Part shown: positions 1 through 11,900 of the stretch, in pieces | How the letters are laid out: each line of letters begins with the position of its first letter | How positions within the stretch are numbered: position 1 is the first letter of the stretch | Origin: Bilabrum cf. latius | Taxonomy: Eukaryota | DNA length: 64,000 nt | Direction: 5' to 3' | NCBI GenBank assembly: GCA_965178125.1 | Contig: OZ237749.1 | Coordinates: 868,001 to 932,000, forward strand | The notes under the pieces: model-generated | What the model was told of the DNA's origin: nothing | What the model saw: only the letters and a program-made list of their open reading frames with translations | Databases searched by the model: none | Made by a program: the position numbers and the translations under genes

Positions 1-1023
1 CCCCGCGGTGTCCTTCTGGCTCGCACCGTTGTCAGCGTCCCACACGCTCCTCGCTCCCCCCGTGTCCACCTTCACGGGGCGGCTCTTTCTACTCGCACTA
101 CTGCCAGAACCACACTTATCCAAATCACTGCTGGTGTGCTTGAAGACAATTTGCGTGGCGCTGCCGCGATTCTTCAAGCCAGCGCCGCCGGGTGACATCG
201 CGTACGAATCCGCAAAGTCCGAACTGGGCTACTATCCAGCACTACCGCTCGGTTTCGAGCCACCAGCTCCACCCATCTTACATGAATGCGTTCTCTTTCC
301 CTTTGAAGTGGTCTACGGGCTCAATGCAGCATCAGCAGACCGACCTATCCCGGTCGAGACGCTGCCGGCTTGAGTTGCGGTGGTTCCAGACTCCACGAGA
401 CCAGCCCCGTTCGCAGCCGCAGCCCTACATCCAGCTCTGGTGCTCTTGGATGAGCTTTGGCTAGTACGTGACCCTCTACCAGTGTCCATGGCGTCCTCCC
501 CGAGCGTCATTCGAAGAAACTTGAGCTAATTGGCATTGGGAGCCGAGGCACGCCTTATTCGGCCTTCGCTGACAAAGTGCTGGTTTCCTTCATTCGCATC
601 AAGACTATCTGCGGCTAAAGCGGCTGCAGCAGCTGCACCAGCCCTGCCAGCGTCTGCATCCCGTGCAACCGGCTGGTGCAGCGCTGCTCCAGCGTCTCGC
701 ACAGCCTGCTTTATAGCCCTACCATCAGTATGCGAGCGCCTTTTATGAGCTGCAAGCATTCCAAGACCTCTTTCATGGCTGTTGAACTCTATGCTATCAA
801 CTGCAGGTGCCCCAACTGCAGAGGAACGCCTGTTCGAGGTGGCCGCGCTCGTTTGCTTTTGCATTGCGATCAAGCCATCAACACCGCCAATAGCGAGTGC
901 TCGTAAGGCCCCAACAGTTCGTCTGCGATCAATATACGGAACTAGTGAACTACTGTATGGATACATACATAGGTTGGCCCCCTAAACTTGCGTGTCGCCT
1001 CACCTTGCTCGTGGAGTGGACAT
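1..1023 (-). CDS. Hypothetical protein, 5' part (runs off the window start); in-frame TAG read as Gln
   Basis: ORFs 526..966 and 313..510 are in one frame joined by TAG (526, 313, tandem TAG-TAG at 229-234). No TAA/TGA down to base 1. Probable ATG at 1023 with a short GTGAGG..TACAG intron. No domain recognised. Confidence 0.5.
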
Positions 1024-1309
1024 TAATCTTAGTGACCGCCGACTGCTAGATTTTCCATCTCTCCATTCTAATCTTCTTGTTATATGCCTTCCATTCAAGT
1101 GCGGCTGTATTTCCACCGACATTTACGAAGTACTGGTCGATGCATGGCGGTCGCGCCGGCAAGGCTGGGTGGAGGCGCAAGTTGGTCGCACGGCTTCCCA
1201 CCCTGAAATCTTTTGCAGAGAGTGATACTGATATGAGAGGCAGCATTTTCCAGTCGTTTGCTAGTGACAAACTTATCATACAGGTAGAGCTGTCATTCGT
1301 TTCATCGCA

Positions 1310-2638
1310 TCAGTGGAACCGTTGAGGCCGCCTTGGCCTGTCAGCTTCATCGGCGACGCCTACTATGGGAGAGCCTCTGGCGCCTTCACTTCCCGCCCAA
1401 CCGAACGATGCTTGCCCTGCAGACTCAATAGAGGCAGTCATTCCAGTCATTCCAGCTGGAACTGGTCCTTCATTGGTTATGCTGCCGTGCGCTCCTTGGT
1501 GACCGGAACCTTCGGTGAGGTCTCTGAGAGCACTGCCACCACCAGCGGGTGCGCTAGGTCTGCCTTCCCCTTCACCAATCTATCCGCTTGCACTTGCACC
1601 CGCCTGCATTGGAGATCCGGGTGGCATTTGAACACCTGAAGAACCCCTCGCGCTCCCAGGACTGCCGGTAGCCCCTGCTCCTCCGAAAGCACTTGCCCCG
1701 CCGAGCAACGAGGGACCGGCACTCACGGACGGCTTGGCATCGACGTCCATGCTCGCCATGGAATCGGGCGCGTCCAAGTAGGCAGAAGTGGAGGAGGAAG
1801 AGGATGAAGATTTCCCTCTGTCTCCCTGCCTCCACCTGTCGGAGCCGGTTGGGGACTGGTGCCCATTGGCGATTGCTGCTTCGCCGCCGCGAGGACTTGG
1901 GGACCCCGCAGATCGAGCACTGTGTTCTCCGGGTGGCTTGACCTGCATGGTGGAGTGCTCCGCCACCCTACCAGACTCCGGGTCGATCGCCCACAGGGGC
2001 ACGATGCACACGACGGGGACGCTCCTTCCCGCCTCGCCCGAATCTGCCGATGCCCGAGCCGAGTGGCGCCGGACCATCTGGGCAACCGAAGTGGATCTCT
2101 CTAAATCCATCGGTAAAATTGCTGGAGTATCTGCAGAACTCGAGAGAACTGGTAGTTCCGGCCCTGTAGCCTCCTGCGGGTCGCCCGGCCTGCTAGAAGG
2201 GCCGGCTGGTACTTGTCGTGCATACAGGTCCTGGCCAGCCGGAGCTCCGAAGCGGTATCGAGCTCGATCAGTGGGTGGCCTGCTAGATTAGTATGAATAT
2301 TAATAATTACAGCTGGATGACATGGCATCTATCAATCTGGATGCAGCAACGTGATAAAGTGCATACCTCCTGTAGTGATTTTCGACCTCTTGTATCGAGC
2401 TCAATGCCTCTTGAAACCAAGAACGCCTCTTGCGAATTCGTCCAGACCTCTCCGTAGAGATTACATCTCGAAATAAGTCTAGCGGCATTCTAGGGTCCAC
2501 GGCCACAGTCCCCAGCACGCCAGTTGGTCCCCCTGTTGGGTTTCCGACGAGAAATGAGTGGCCTTTGGTGATATCCAGGTTCGGTCGCCACACAGATACA
2601 CCAATGCTAACCGTGCTTTCCTCCAGATTTGGCTCCAT
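1310..2638 (-). CDS. Hypothetical protein, 2 exons
   Basis: ATG at 2638 (MEPNLEES). A GT-AG intron at 2283..2366 joins it to the 1580..2110 frame, which passes TAG at 1580 and ends at TGA 1310-1312. No domain recognised. Confidence 0.45.
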
Positions 2639-3003
2639 TGCACGAAAAGCCTGTACGTAGCACGCAACGGCAACTGCATGGTTCCGCCGGCGCCGGCAAA
2701 GCGATGCGCGGCGCCGAGCAGAATCTCGAGAAAGGCCAGCTATACTCCTACTGCACGTGATTTTGAGCAACTTGATACTACCTGCGCGTATTTGGTTTGA
2801 TATTATATTGAAAGAGGCTTCTGTTCGAAGAAAGTTTCGCTTTATGTCTCTAGTGAGAATTGATTCTTATTCGAAAGAAGTGCTCACTCACGAGCAAGCA
2901 CAAGCAGCTTTAGCGGGTAAATGGCTGCATTATCCACCGTCTTCATATCCTAATCTGTATTAAAATAAACTGTTCTTTTGAAAACCTCTATCTCTACTCG
3001 CAG

Positions 3004-6000
3004 GAAGCCCCAGACTTGACCGACAGTGATCCAGAACTCAGCGACAGCTCATGCACGATCTTTGCCTGTGATGGGTGTGACAAGAGTCTTGAGGGACAGG
3101 TCAGGATCACTTGCCTCATATGCAAATAGTTTGACTTGTGCTGCGAATGCTGCTTCAAGGTGAAGGTGCATGGCGCACGATTCGGCAAGCACACATCATC
3201 CCACCCTGTGCAGCGCTTCGAACCCGAAGCCGATACAGCTGCAGCCATTTCACAGAAATCTCACCGAGTTTAGAGAAGCGTCACAGATACTGGCATGCTT
3301 GACGGCCCTCATGACCCGCTCACGCTGCTGTTGGACAGCTTGGGCTCCGCATCAGGTCACGTGGAGCAGTTGCTCGGCATGCCTGGCCGACACGACGGAA
3401 CGCCTGATGTGAGTACAGTGGGGAGCACTTCCAACCTATTGGAAGGCCTGCAATCAATTTAGTCTATGGTTGATGCTCTTAAGACTGATGTGAGACAAGG
3501 CGATCAGACGACAGGTACTCCTGACGTAGACTAGTTTGATTGGGACTCGAACGGGTTGTGTGGCATTGATGACTTCTATGGCGGACAGAAAGGCAGTCTT
3601 CACTCCAACAGTGTTGATGAAGGGAGCATTTTTGCCGATATATTCGATGGCGGCGAGCTGCAGGGTGCTCAGGAGGCAGACACATCTGAGCTCCTTACTT
3701 CGCCGAGCGAGCACGGGGTGGACCATGAGCAGCCGCAGGAACAGGAGGACACAAGCCATAGCACAGGGGAACTTCACGAAGGCTCAAAGTACGTGGGAGT
3801 GTGCCCGCTTCGAGATGGCCGCTGGCGCGTAAAAGCTTACATCGGAGGGGACCTCAAGTACATCTGCGATGCCGACTCGGAGGACCGCGCGGCTGCCTAC
3901 CACGACGCCGTGACGCGGCACTTCCTGGACTCCCACGGCGGTTCCTCGGTGTAGGACCTTGCTAAGGCGATTGATAATGAGCTAGACGATGTACCGACGG
4001 CAGCCAGCCTGGAGAAGGACCATTTCCCTCAGGACAGTGCCGGCTTCATCTCTAGCATGGAGGACGCGTGCATGCAAGAGGAGAGCAAGACTGGAGGCGA
4101 CGATGCACGCCTGCACAGCAAGCGAGCAGGAAACTCGATCATGTCGCGTAGAACAGCAGATAGCACCCCTGATGCCGCGGACTACACGCTGAATTTCCCT
4201 CAGGGCAACCCAGAGGTGGACCGAATCATGAACTCCAACACGCTGGATACCCTCACTTCGAGGCATGAGCCCAAGGCGGCGTACGACAATGACTTCGACC
4301 TTCGCGAGTTCGAGCGAATTGTTCTCCGCACGCTGGTGGCGGCTAGTCCTGGTGGGATCGACGAGGACATGCCAATGGGAGACTACGACGATCTCGAGGA
4401 GCTGCGCGGAGAAGCCAACAAGGGGGATCTTGAGCAGGCTGGTCTCACCCCCAGGGAAAGACATGCCGACAACGGTCAGTCTCGCTCGTCTCCACGTGCG
4501 CGAAAGCTTGGCGGCCGCACAACCCAGGCGGAGACACTGAGCACGCCGCAGTTCTTTACGGCAGGTACAGCCGATCCGGCGATGCCTTGGCCCGCTCGCG
4601 TTCCGAGGAGAATTCAGGCAGCGTGGGAAGAGAAGCAGCGGCGGAGCAGTCATGCGTCTTACCAGCAACTCAACTAGGGGCCGAAGTGGGGCGATGATAC
4701 GCCTGAGCTGAAATCTATGCTACTTCTGCAGTCCGGGAACAGTGCCAGCATCTATGCGAGAGTCTTGTAGGACTTGGACATGTGTTTCGGGAGCTCGTAT
4801 GCCGGGTCTGTGATCCAAAAAGAGCGAGAGAGAGGAACCGTGCTCGCCGAAACTCTCATAGCAATGTCAGCTGGGGCGGCTACCGAGGAGCGGCACAGCA
4901 TCCAAGAGCTCGTGTCGAGGGCCCTGTCCAGCATGGGCACCTCCAAGCAGGCGTGGGAGCAGATCCTCGGATCTAGCGAGGCTGCGACATCGAGCTCGTC
5001 CAGTGCTGCCTCAGCAGGAGTGCCGAGCGCATTCGCTGGCATTGGGTCACGAAGTTAGAGCCAGCGAGTGAGGTTGCAATCAGCAGCGTCGGGGCCCCAA
5101 ATTTGCTTGAGTTCTCATCTGGTGCAGCACCAGACGTGGCAGCTTGGCGCGCAGCCGGATGCGCGTTTCAAGTCCGTGATCTCGGAAGGCGCCATGCAAA
5201 TGCCGGATGCATCAAGTGGCTGGGTGCAGATTGATGACACTCCTGCATCGCATCTTGACGTGCAAGAGCTGCTGGCATGTCACGGCTACCCTTCGAGCTG
5301 CAGAGAAACACTGCAAGTGCAGGCGTCGGGCACGCCAACGATGACATCGCTCGCAAGTCCAGGCGTCTAGGTGGTGTAGGCGATGTTGAAGCAGCTGCAG
5401 TTCGTGGTACGACGTCGAATCGTTGACTCGGACGGGTCGTGCAAGGATGCCGCCTCCACTGCCTTCCTTCAAGTGAAGCCAGAATCCATCACGGCTGAGC
5501 AGGTCGAGCTGGCGGCAGAGCATATGCAGCTCCACGGAATGCGTCGCATCCTTGGTATGTCAGCCAATGACTCGGGCAGCGCGCTGCAGCCTTGGCAGGT
5601 ACAGTCTGTCGGCGACCTCACACTTGGCGGCAGCTGGCTGGCAAGCGCAGCGTTGGGTCCACTGGCAAGGCGAGTGACGTCTCGGTTCCGCCGCACTACC
5701 TCACAGCTAGCAAAAGGCCTCGGTCTCAAGCACGCAGACCTGACTGCGTGGATTGAAGGGCTGCCTATGAACGTGCACCGGTACAGGCTGGTCTGCAAGG
5801 AAGTGCGTCGGTGGCTATCGGAAGTCCGGCGGTCTGGAGGGCTCTGGTCGCTGTCTGCGAGCCGCAAGCCGCTACCCGACCCAATCGTCTCGCAGAAAAA
5901 GGAAGCTGCCAAGCGAGCTGCTTCGATGAGCTCAAAGAAGGAATCAGGGCTCGATGCAGACCTCAGGGAGCTCCGCGAGCAAGCCACGGTGCAAGTCGCT

Positions 6001-8883
6001 AGAATCATTCAGATTGTGGGTCACTGTTCCGGCATCAGTAAGCGCAGGCGAGCCAAGCTGATCTCAGGTCTCGCTCGCTGGGTCATGGCCGTGGAGACCC
6101 GCGGTCAGGCAGCGTACATTGCAGCTCGCAAGCGCCAGAAAGGGAAGCGCAGCAAGTCCAAGGCCAAGCAGGGCCCGTCTGCTCCCAAGAAGCTTCCTCA
6201 CGAGACCTAGCGCGAGTATCGCAAGCGACTGCTTGACCTGAAGAAGAAGAGCAAGCCAGCTACTCGAGCTCCGCGCAGGCAGCCTGCGAGCAAAAAGTCC
6301 GCTCGATCTGCGAAGCCGAGAGCCACACGACGGCCCAGGCCGAAGGCAGCAGCCAAGGCAAAGAAGCCAAAGTAGCCCGTGCTGGAGCTGCCAAAGTACC
6401 GCTTAACCACTGGACCGAGGCACCAGTACGATGCAAATGCCTGCAACCACCTCATTGACCTGCGCGACAGGCACCCTGCTGACATCGAGGACAAGGTCGT
6501 CTACCCGGAAGAACTGCAAGATTTGGACCACCTGTCCGATTCGGACGGCGACGACGACCACCGATGCACCATCTGTGGGGCTCTGGAGAAACCAGTGCAC
6601 GACCCAATCTTGGTGTGTAGCTGCTGCAACATCAGGTGCCACGCATTCTGCAACGGGGTTGGATTGCATGAACCCAAGCTGTCTTTCAACGATCTCAAGG
6701 AGAAGATAGCGTCTGCCGAGTGGAGAGACACCTGGAAGTGCGACATGTGTGCATTTGAAGCTGTCGCATCCGCTGGGCCAGTCAGTGCCGTCGCAGCTTC
6801 ATCGTCGGCTGCTTCAGCTGCGTCAGGTGGTGCAGCTGCAGAAGCTGATCTCGCACGACCAGCCGGTCCGCTAGCATGGGCCGAGCCGCTGTTCGGTTGC
6901 AGCGAGGCGGATCAACCAGAGCGTGACTCGTGCAAGATCTGCTTTCAGCCCCCGATGGGACTCGCGCGGAAGCCCTGTCAAGGTTTTGGCTGGGTTCACG
7001 TCGTGTGTGCGCACAACACTTCGTCTGTTCGGTGGTAGCATCGCGCAAAGTAGCAGTGGCCAGATGCACACCTGCACCAGATTCGCGAGAACTGCATCCC
7101 TAGCTGGGCCAGGACGCAGGGTGAGTCGTTGTGGTTGGCTAAAGATGGTCGATGCGCAATGCCTGAGCCTCTCAGGGTGATGAAGCCCAACGGATGGCCG
7201 AACGGCCGGCGGCGCTGCACCATCTGTCGCACGTCCATCGGAAGCACCATCCCGTGCAACCAGCACTACAATCATCTGATCAAGTACGACACCTGCTCTT
7301 AGGTTGCTCATCCATCCTGCGCTCTGCGCACGGGGCTGTGTCGGCCCACTTGGCTCCGACATGCACCTCCCGAGACCGGTGAGTGGCCCGGCGACACGGT
7401 GTGCGAGGCCGAGTTTGACCCAGTCTATGGGGACCTGCTTGAAACTGCATCAGCTATCACGAAGGAGGGATACAAGCAAGTGCTAGTCAGGAATGAGTCC
7501 CACATCACCGAAAGCAATGGGGAGTGGGACGCTACCTTCAAGAAGCTCGTTGATGAGAAGAAGATCCCGGCAAAGCAAGGTTTCCTTGATTTCCAGGAGT
7601 TCAGAGGCAAGACTGAGTACGTCGGGTCTGGCGTCACGATGCTCATGTGGTTGACCCAGAAGCTGACAGCGTCCAAGCGGTTCTGGGAGGCATGGGAGCG
7701 AGAATCCGGCAAAGACATCGAGAAGCTGGACTTGCTGTACGACCGCGAGCCGCAACGCAAAGAAGGAGTCCTCAAGATGGCAGCTGCCGAAGGCGCGATG
7801 ATTGCCATGCTCGGTTCTGTCCACCCCCTTACGTGGCAAAAGGTGCAGGACATTCACCAGGACATGGAGATTACTTGCAGAATCCTGAATACGAAAGCAG
7901 CCTAGATGCCTACGAGGGACCTCCCGTATGGCATCCCAGCAGACAACCTGCCCAAGAAGGAGCAAGCCATCATTCGAAGCAGAATGACCTGCTGCCTGCA
8001 CAACGAGATCCCACATGACCCTAACCGCATTGTGGTGGGTAAGGGGGCAGGAACTTGCTTCGGGTACTGCGTACCTAGATGGTGGACGAGCCTGCACTAC
8101 ACTGGCCGGAAAGCCCAGGTGGACCGCGAAAGCATGCGATCCTAGTACATCGTGGGGAAGAAGATCCCCAAGATGCCCACCGGCAAAACGTGGGCAGACG
8201 TCATCAAAGAAAATGGAATGGCCGAATTGTGGAGGAAGCGTTCCAAGCTCCGCGAACTCATGGGCCGGACAGAAGATGGCGACGCTGCTGACTCAGGAGC
8301 CGCAGCTGCTGGTGCCGGTGAGGGAGGCGGCGCAACACTGTCCGAGGGCACACCTAGCTCTGCACCCTCTACAGATCATGTCCCCGTGGTTCCCCATGCT
8401 AGCGCTGCTGAGAGTAGAGGAAGTTGCAAGCGAAAGAGAGAGCAAGGCAATCCTACACCAGCCCCGGTCCCGGTCCCGGTCCCAGCCCAAGCTGTCTCCC
8501 TGCCTGGCGCTGCCATCGAGCCAGCATCGTCAAGCTCTAGCACTGCTGCTGCTGCTGCTGCATCCCACAAGGAGAAATCTAGCTCCAAGGAGAGAGACAG
8601 CAACGCTGACGACGTCCCTGAGCCACCTGCTGCCGGGGAATCTACCCCTGAACCGCCAGCCAAACGAAGGAGGGTACAAGGCGCCAGTGCAGGAGGCGAG
8701 TCTTCCAGTACTCCTGCATAGAGCCTTGCGTGCAAAAAAGGTGCATCACCTGCAGGCCAAGCTGTGAGCGTTGGCAAGCCACAAGCCGTTGCAAGAATTC
8801 CTGCAGACCAGCTGCCCGCCCTTGACGGAGTTTCGGCAGCCTCGCAACGGCGTCTGATGAGGGCACTTCGTCGCGGCCGGTGA
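3004..8883 (+). CDS. Large chromatin/transcription regulator: ZZ zinc finger + AP2/ERF-like domain + PHD and extended PHD (PZP-like); first exon upstream unresolved
   Basis: Nine ORF-track fragments (3556, 4057, 4774, 5068, 5383, 6379, 7399, 7906, 8152) are all in frame +1 and each ends in TAG; the frame closes at TGA 8881-8883. Motifs: CDGC..CLICKxFDLCCEC..H..H (ZZ); SKYVGV..GRWRV..SEDRAAAYHDA (AP2); CTIC..ILVCSCCNIRCHAFC..WKCDMC (PHD); CKIC..WVHVVCA..CTIC..IPC..AHPSCA (ePHD). Confidence 0.8.
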
Positions 8884-8973
8884 CCCCACGACTGGTTAAT
8901 GGTACAGAGTTTTTACTAAGTTGACTACTACAAGCATGACCAACATAGACAATTTAATTTTCAATCAGAAAAT

Positions 8974-11900
8974 TCAAGACAAGGTTCCGTATCGCCCCGG
9001 GCCCGAAGCAGGGGCCTATCGACTGCCACCGCCAGACCAGAATCGAAACCACGCCAGCCCTCCAGCTCTGCCGCCCCTACCGCTGCCATCTGCACCGACG
9101 CTGCCCCCGCCCCTTGCCACTCCGACTCCGTATGAAGAACCGCTTTCGAAGCACTGGCTGGATGAGGCATGGTCTTGACCGATCCCAGGACCGGCCTTCT
9201 TGTCCTGCCAGGGAGCGACGCCGTCATCTACCAATCGCGCAATAGCCTCGTGCGGGCTCCGCACTCGGCCACTAGCTACACGCCCCTCGGCCGCAGATGT
9301 TGTCCCAGTCCGCTTGCCCGTTGACCCCAGGCCCTCTGGGGTAGACTTCTGCTTCGGGCGGTCCTGAGGAGACGCAGCTCCTGCACTGACGCTCCTGTTG
9401 CGCGTGAAGGTCGGCACGGGGTGCTCCCAATACCCTTGCAGGCCGTCCCCACTCCCGATGTGGAAGCTGCTACTGCTGGCTTTGTGCTTCCCAACCCCCT
9501 CGATCCGGCTAGCAAGCAATGATGAAGCAGCAGAGGGCTTCGGTGCTACAGACGGCTGCCTCCCAACCAAGCCGCCGACCCCAGCCCCGACCCCGACCCC
9601 GCCACCTGCACCGCGCACAGCACCAGCGGTGAAGCCAGCCGGGTCACCAATACCTGCAATCCCCTTGGTGCCCCCTTCGGCGGCCATCCGCTGCGCGGCC
9701 ATGGCAGCTGCCAGCGCGATCGAGGCCTCCTCATCAGTGACCCCGCTGGAGCCCATTGCTGCACTAGATGCACCGCCTTCGTTCTGGCTGATACCATGGT
9801 TTCCCGCCCCACTCGGGCCGTCGATATCCTAGCCTGGTTCTGCAAGTCGCACTTCTAGTGGAGACGAGGCACCACTGCCCCTGGCAAAAGGGGCGGGCTT
9901 AGAAGGAACCGTTGAGCTGCAACCCGAGGTGTTGCCGGAATTGCTGCCCTAGTTGCTGCCCGGGCTGCTCTCAACAGCGGCTGCCCCGATGCCTTCAGGC
10001 TGCGGCACGGCGTGCTGCTTTGGTGAGGCCCTGAGCGATGCCTGCATGGGAGAGAAGAAGGTGGCACGGCGGCGCGCCCCAGACTGCACGGCCTTGCGCA
10101 GCTCCCTGCCCCTCAGCTTCTCGGCGCTGGCACCGTCGATGGCCAGGAGCAATGCGCCCTCGCGCACCAGGCCAGTTCTCGCCAAGGTAGACCCGGGGCG
10201 GACAGAGGTCACGACGATGCTCACGCCGTTCCTGACAGGGGTTTGCTGCAGGCCGAGCGTCAGCACGACCTTGCTGCTGACAGAGGCGGAGGCAGAGCCG
10301 GGGCCCTGCAGCGCCACCTCGTCCTCCGGCTCCAGCGACACGTCCACTTCTTCGTAGTGCGGAAAACTAGGAGACCAAGTGCCCTCTGTTTCATGACGCA
10401 GGGCCTGGGCTGCCTCATCACCAGCAGAAGTGCCTCGCACGGCAGTGAGGGGCTGGAGCGGGTGCGTTTCATCGCTGGGTTGCTGCCGGTCCGCGCCTCC
10501 ATCAGAGGCATCTCGTGAAGCAGCAGTTGAATGAGGGCCGCCGCCAGTATCTGGAGCCCCACCCTCGTCATTCTATTCCTCTGCATGGCCTGGGTGATCG
10601 ACACCAGCGACATCCCCTGAGGCAACTGCCGAACTTCCCATCAGCGGCTTGCCACCCAGCTGCCTCGCTTGCTGCATGCGCAACACCAGGTCCACAACCT
10701 GTCCCTTGCCCTCTTCTGCTGCCCGGCCAACGATTTGCGCGGCTGCTGCTGCCCTGCCGCGGTCGAAGCCCCACTCCACCATCTCCTGCGGACTCGTCAT
10801 CTTTCTTGTTGACGCACCGCTGCGGATCCAGTACACCCTCTCTGATTCAACAGTGCTGTTGGCTGCATCATCACCATGGGAACCCTACTGTTCACCCCTT
10901 TTCGTTGCTTGGTCAGTACCGGCAGCTGCTGGATCCCGCCCCGCTTGACGCCGCACGGTTCTCGTGACGAGTTGGTAGTGCAGGTTGGAGGGCGAGTGGG
11001 AGGGATACACAGGCAGCTCAACCACGTACACCCTCGGCAGCTGCCTGTACTTGACCGGCTATCCCTGGGCTGACACCCGGGCTACAACAGGCACGAGCTC
11101 GGGCGAGCTGACGAAGAGCCAAGAGCCCTCTGGCCCAATGCAGTTGTGCTTCACCTTGTCCAGTGAAAGCCTCATCTCGTCTTCCGCCTCCTGGGACAGA
11201 TGCACCCCGCGTACGGCGCCCCTGTCGGATATCCCAAAGAACAGAGTGCCCCCACGGCTGTTCAAGAACCCGACGAGGTACTTGACTGCTACTCGAGAGA
11301 TGGCCCGCGCTGGACCCCCGTGGAGGCCGCCTTTGAACTCGTGGGCCTCGTCCTCAGGCCACGGGGCAGCCGAGTCCAGTTCGTACCACCGCTTCAGCTT
11401 GGGTCCGCCCTATCCAAGCACCTGCTCACCCTCTGTTTGCAGTGAGACGACCGGGCCATCGTTGATGCGCACACGATGCGCTCCGTACCTCACCTCTCTC
11501 TCTTGCTGCTCCTCTTCGGCAGGTCCAGGTCCCGCACCACTGCTGGTAGACTTGGACTCTTCGCTTGGTGCGTCCGCACCTTGGGATTTAGAATGCTCTT
11601 GCCGCCCTGCGGAAGCCATAGCTTCGCCAGCAGCATCAGCATCCTACTACTCACCGCTGGCGATCTTCGCCTGTGTGGCGGGTGCATGGGATGCATGGGA
11701 TGACGTAGCCGGGTGTGAAGATGCGCCCCACAGTCTAGCTGACTCCCGAACAGCTCCCACTGCCCCCAAGTCCTCCACAGCCCACGCTAGGAGTGAAACG
11801 GCGGCCAACTCTTCCAAACTCGACTCAAAGGAATGGCTATTCTTGCCAAATGATCTGCTGCTAGCGCCTCGTGCTGACACATTCGAACCGAGCAGCGCGT

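Noticed and set aside
982-1003. Possible 22-nt ultra-short intron (GTGAGG...TTTAG, minus strand)
   Set aside because: A ~50-nt intron from the same donor to a downstream CAG, with ATG at 1023, explains the frame equally well, and the other introns in the window are about 58-235 nt.
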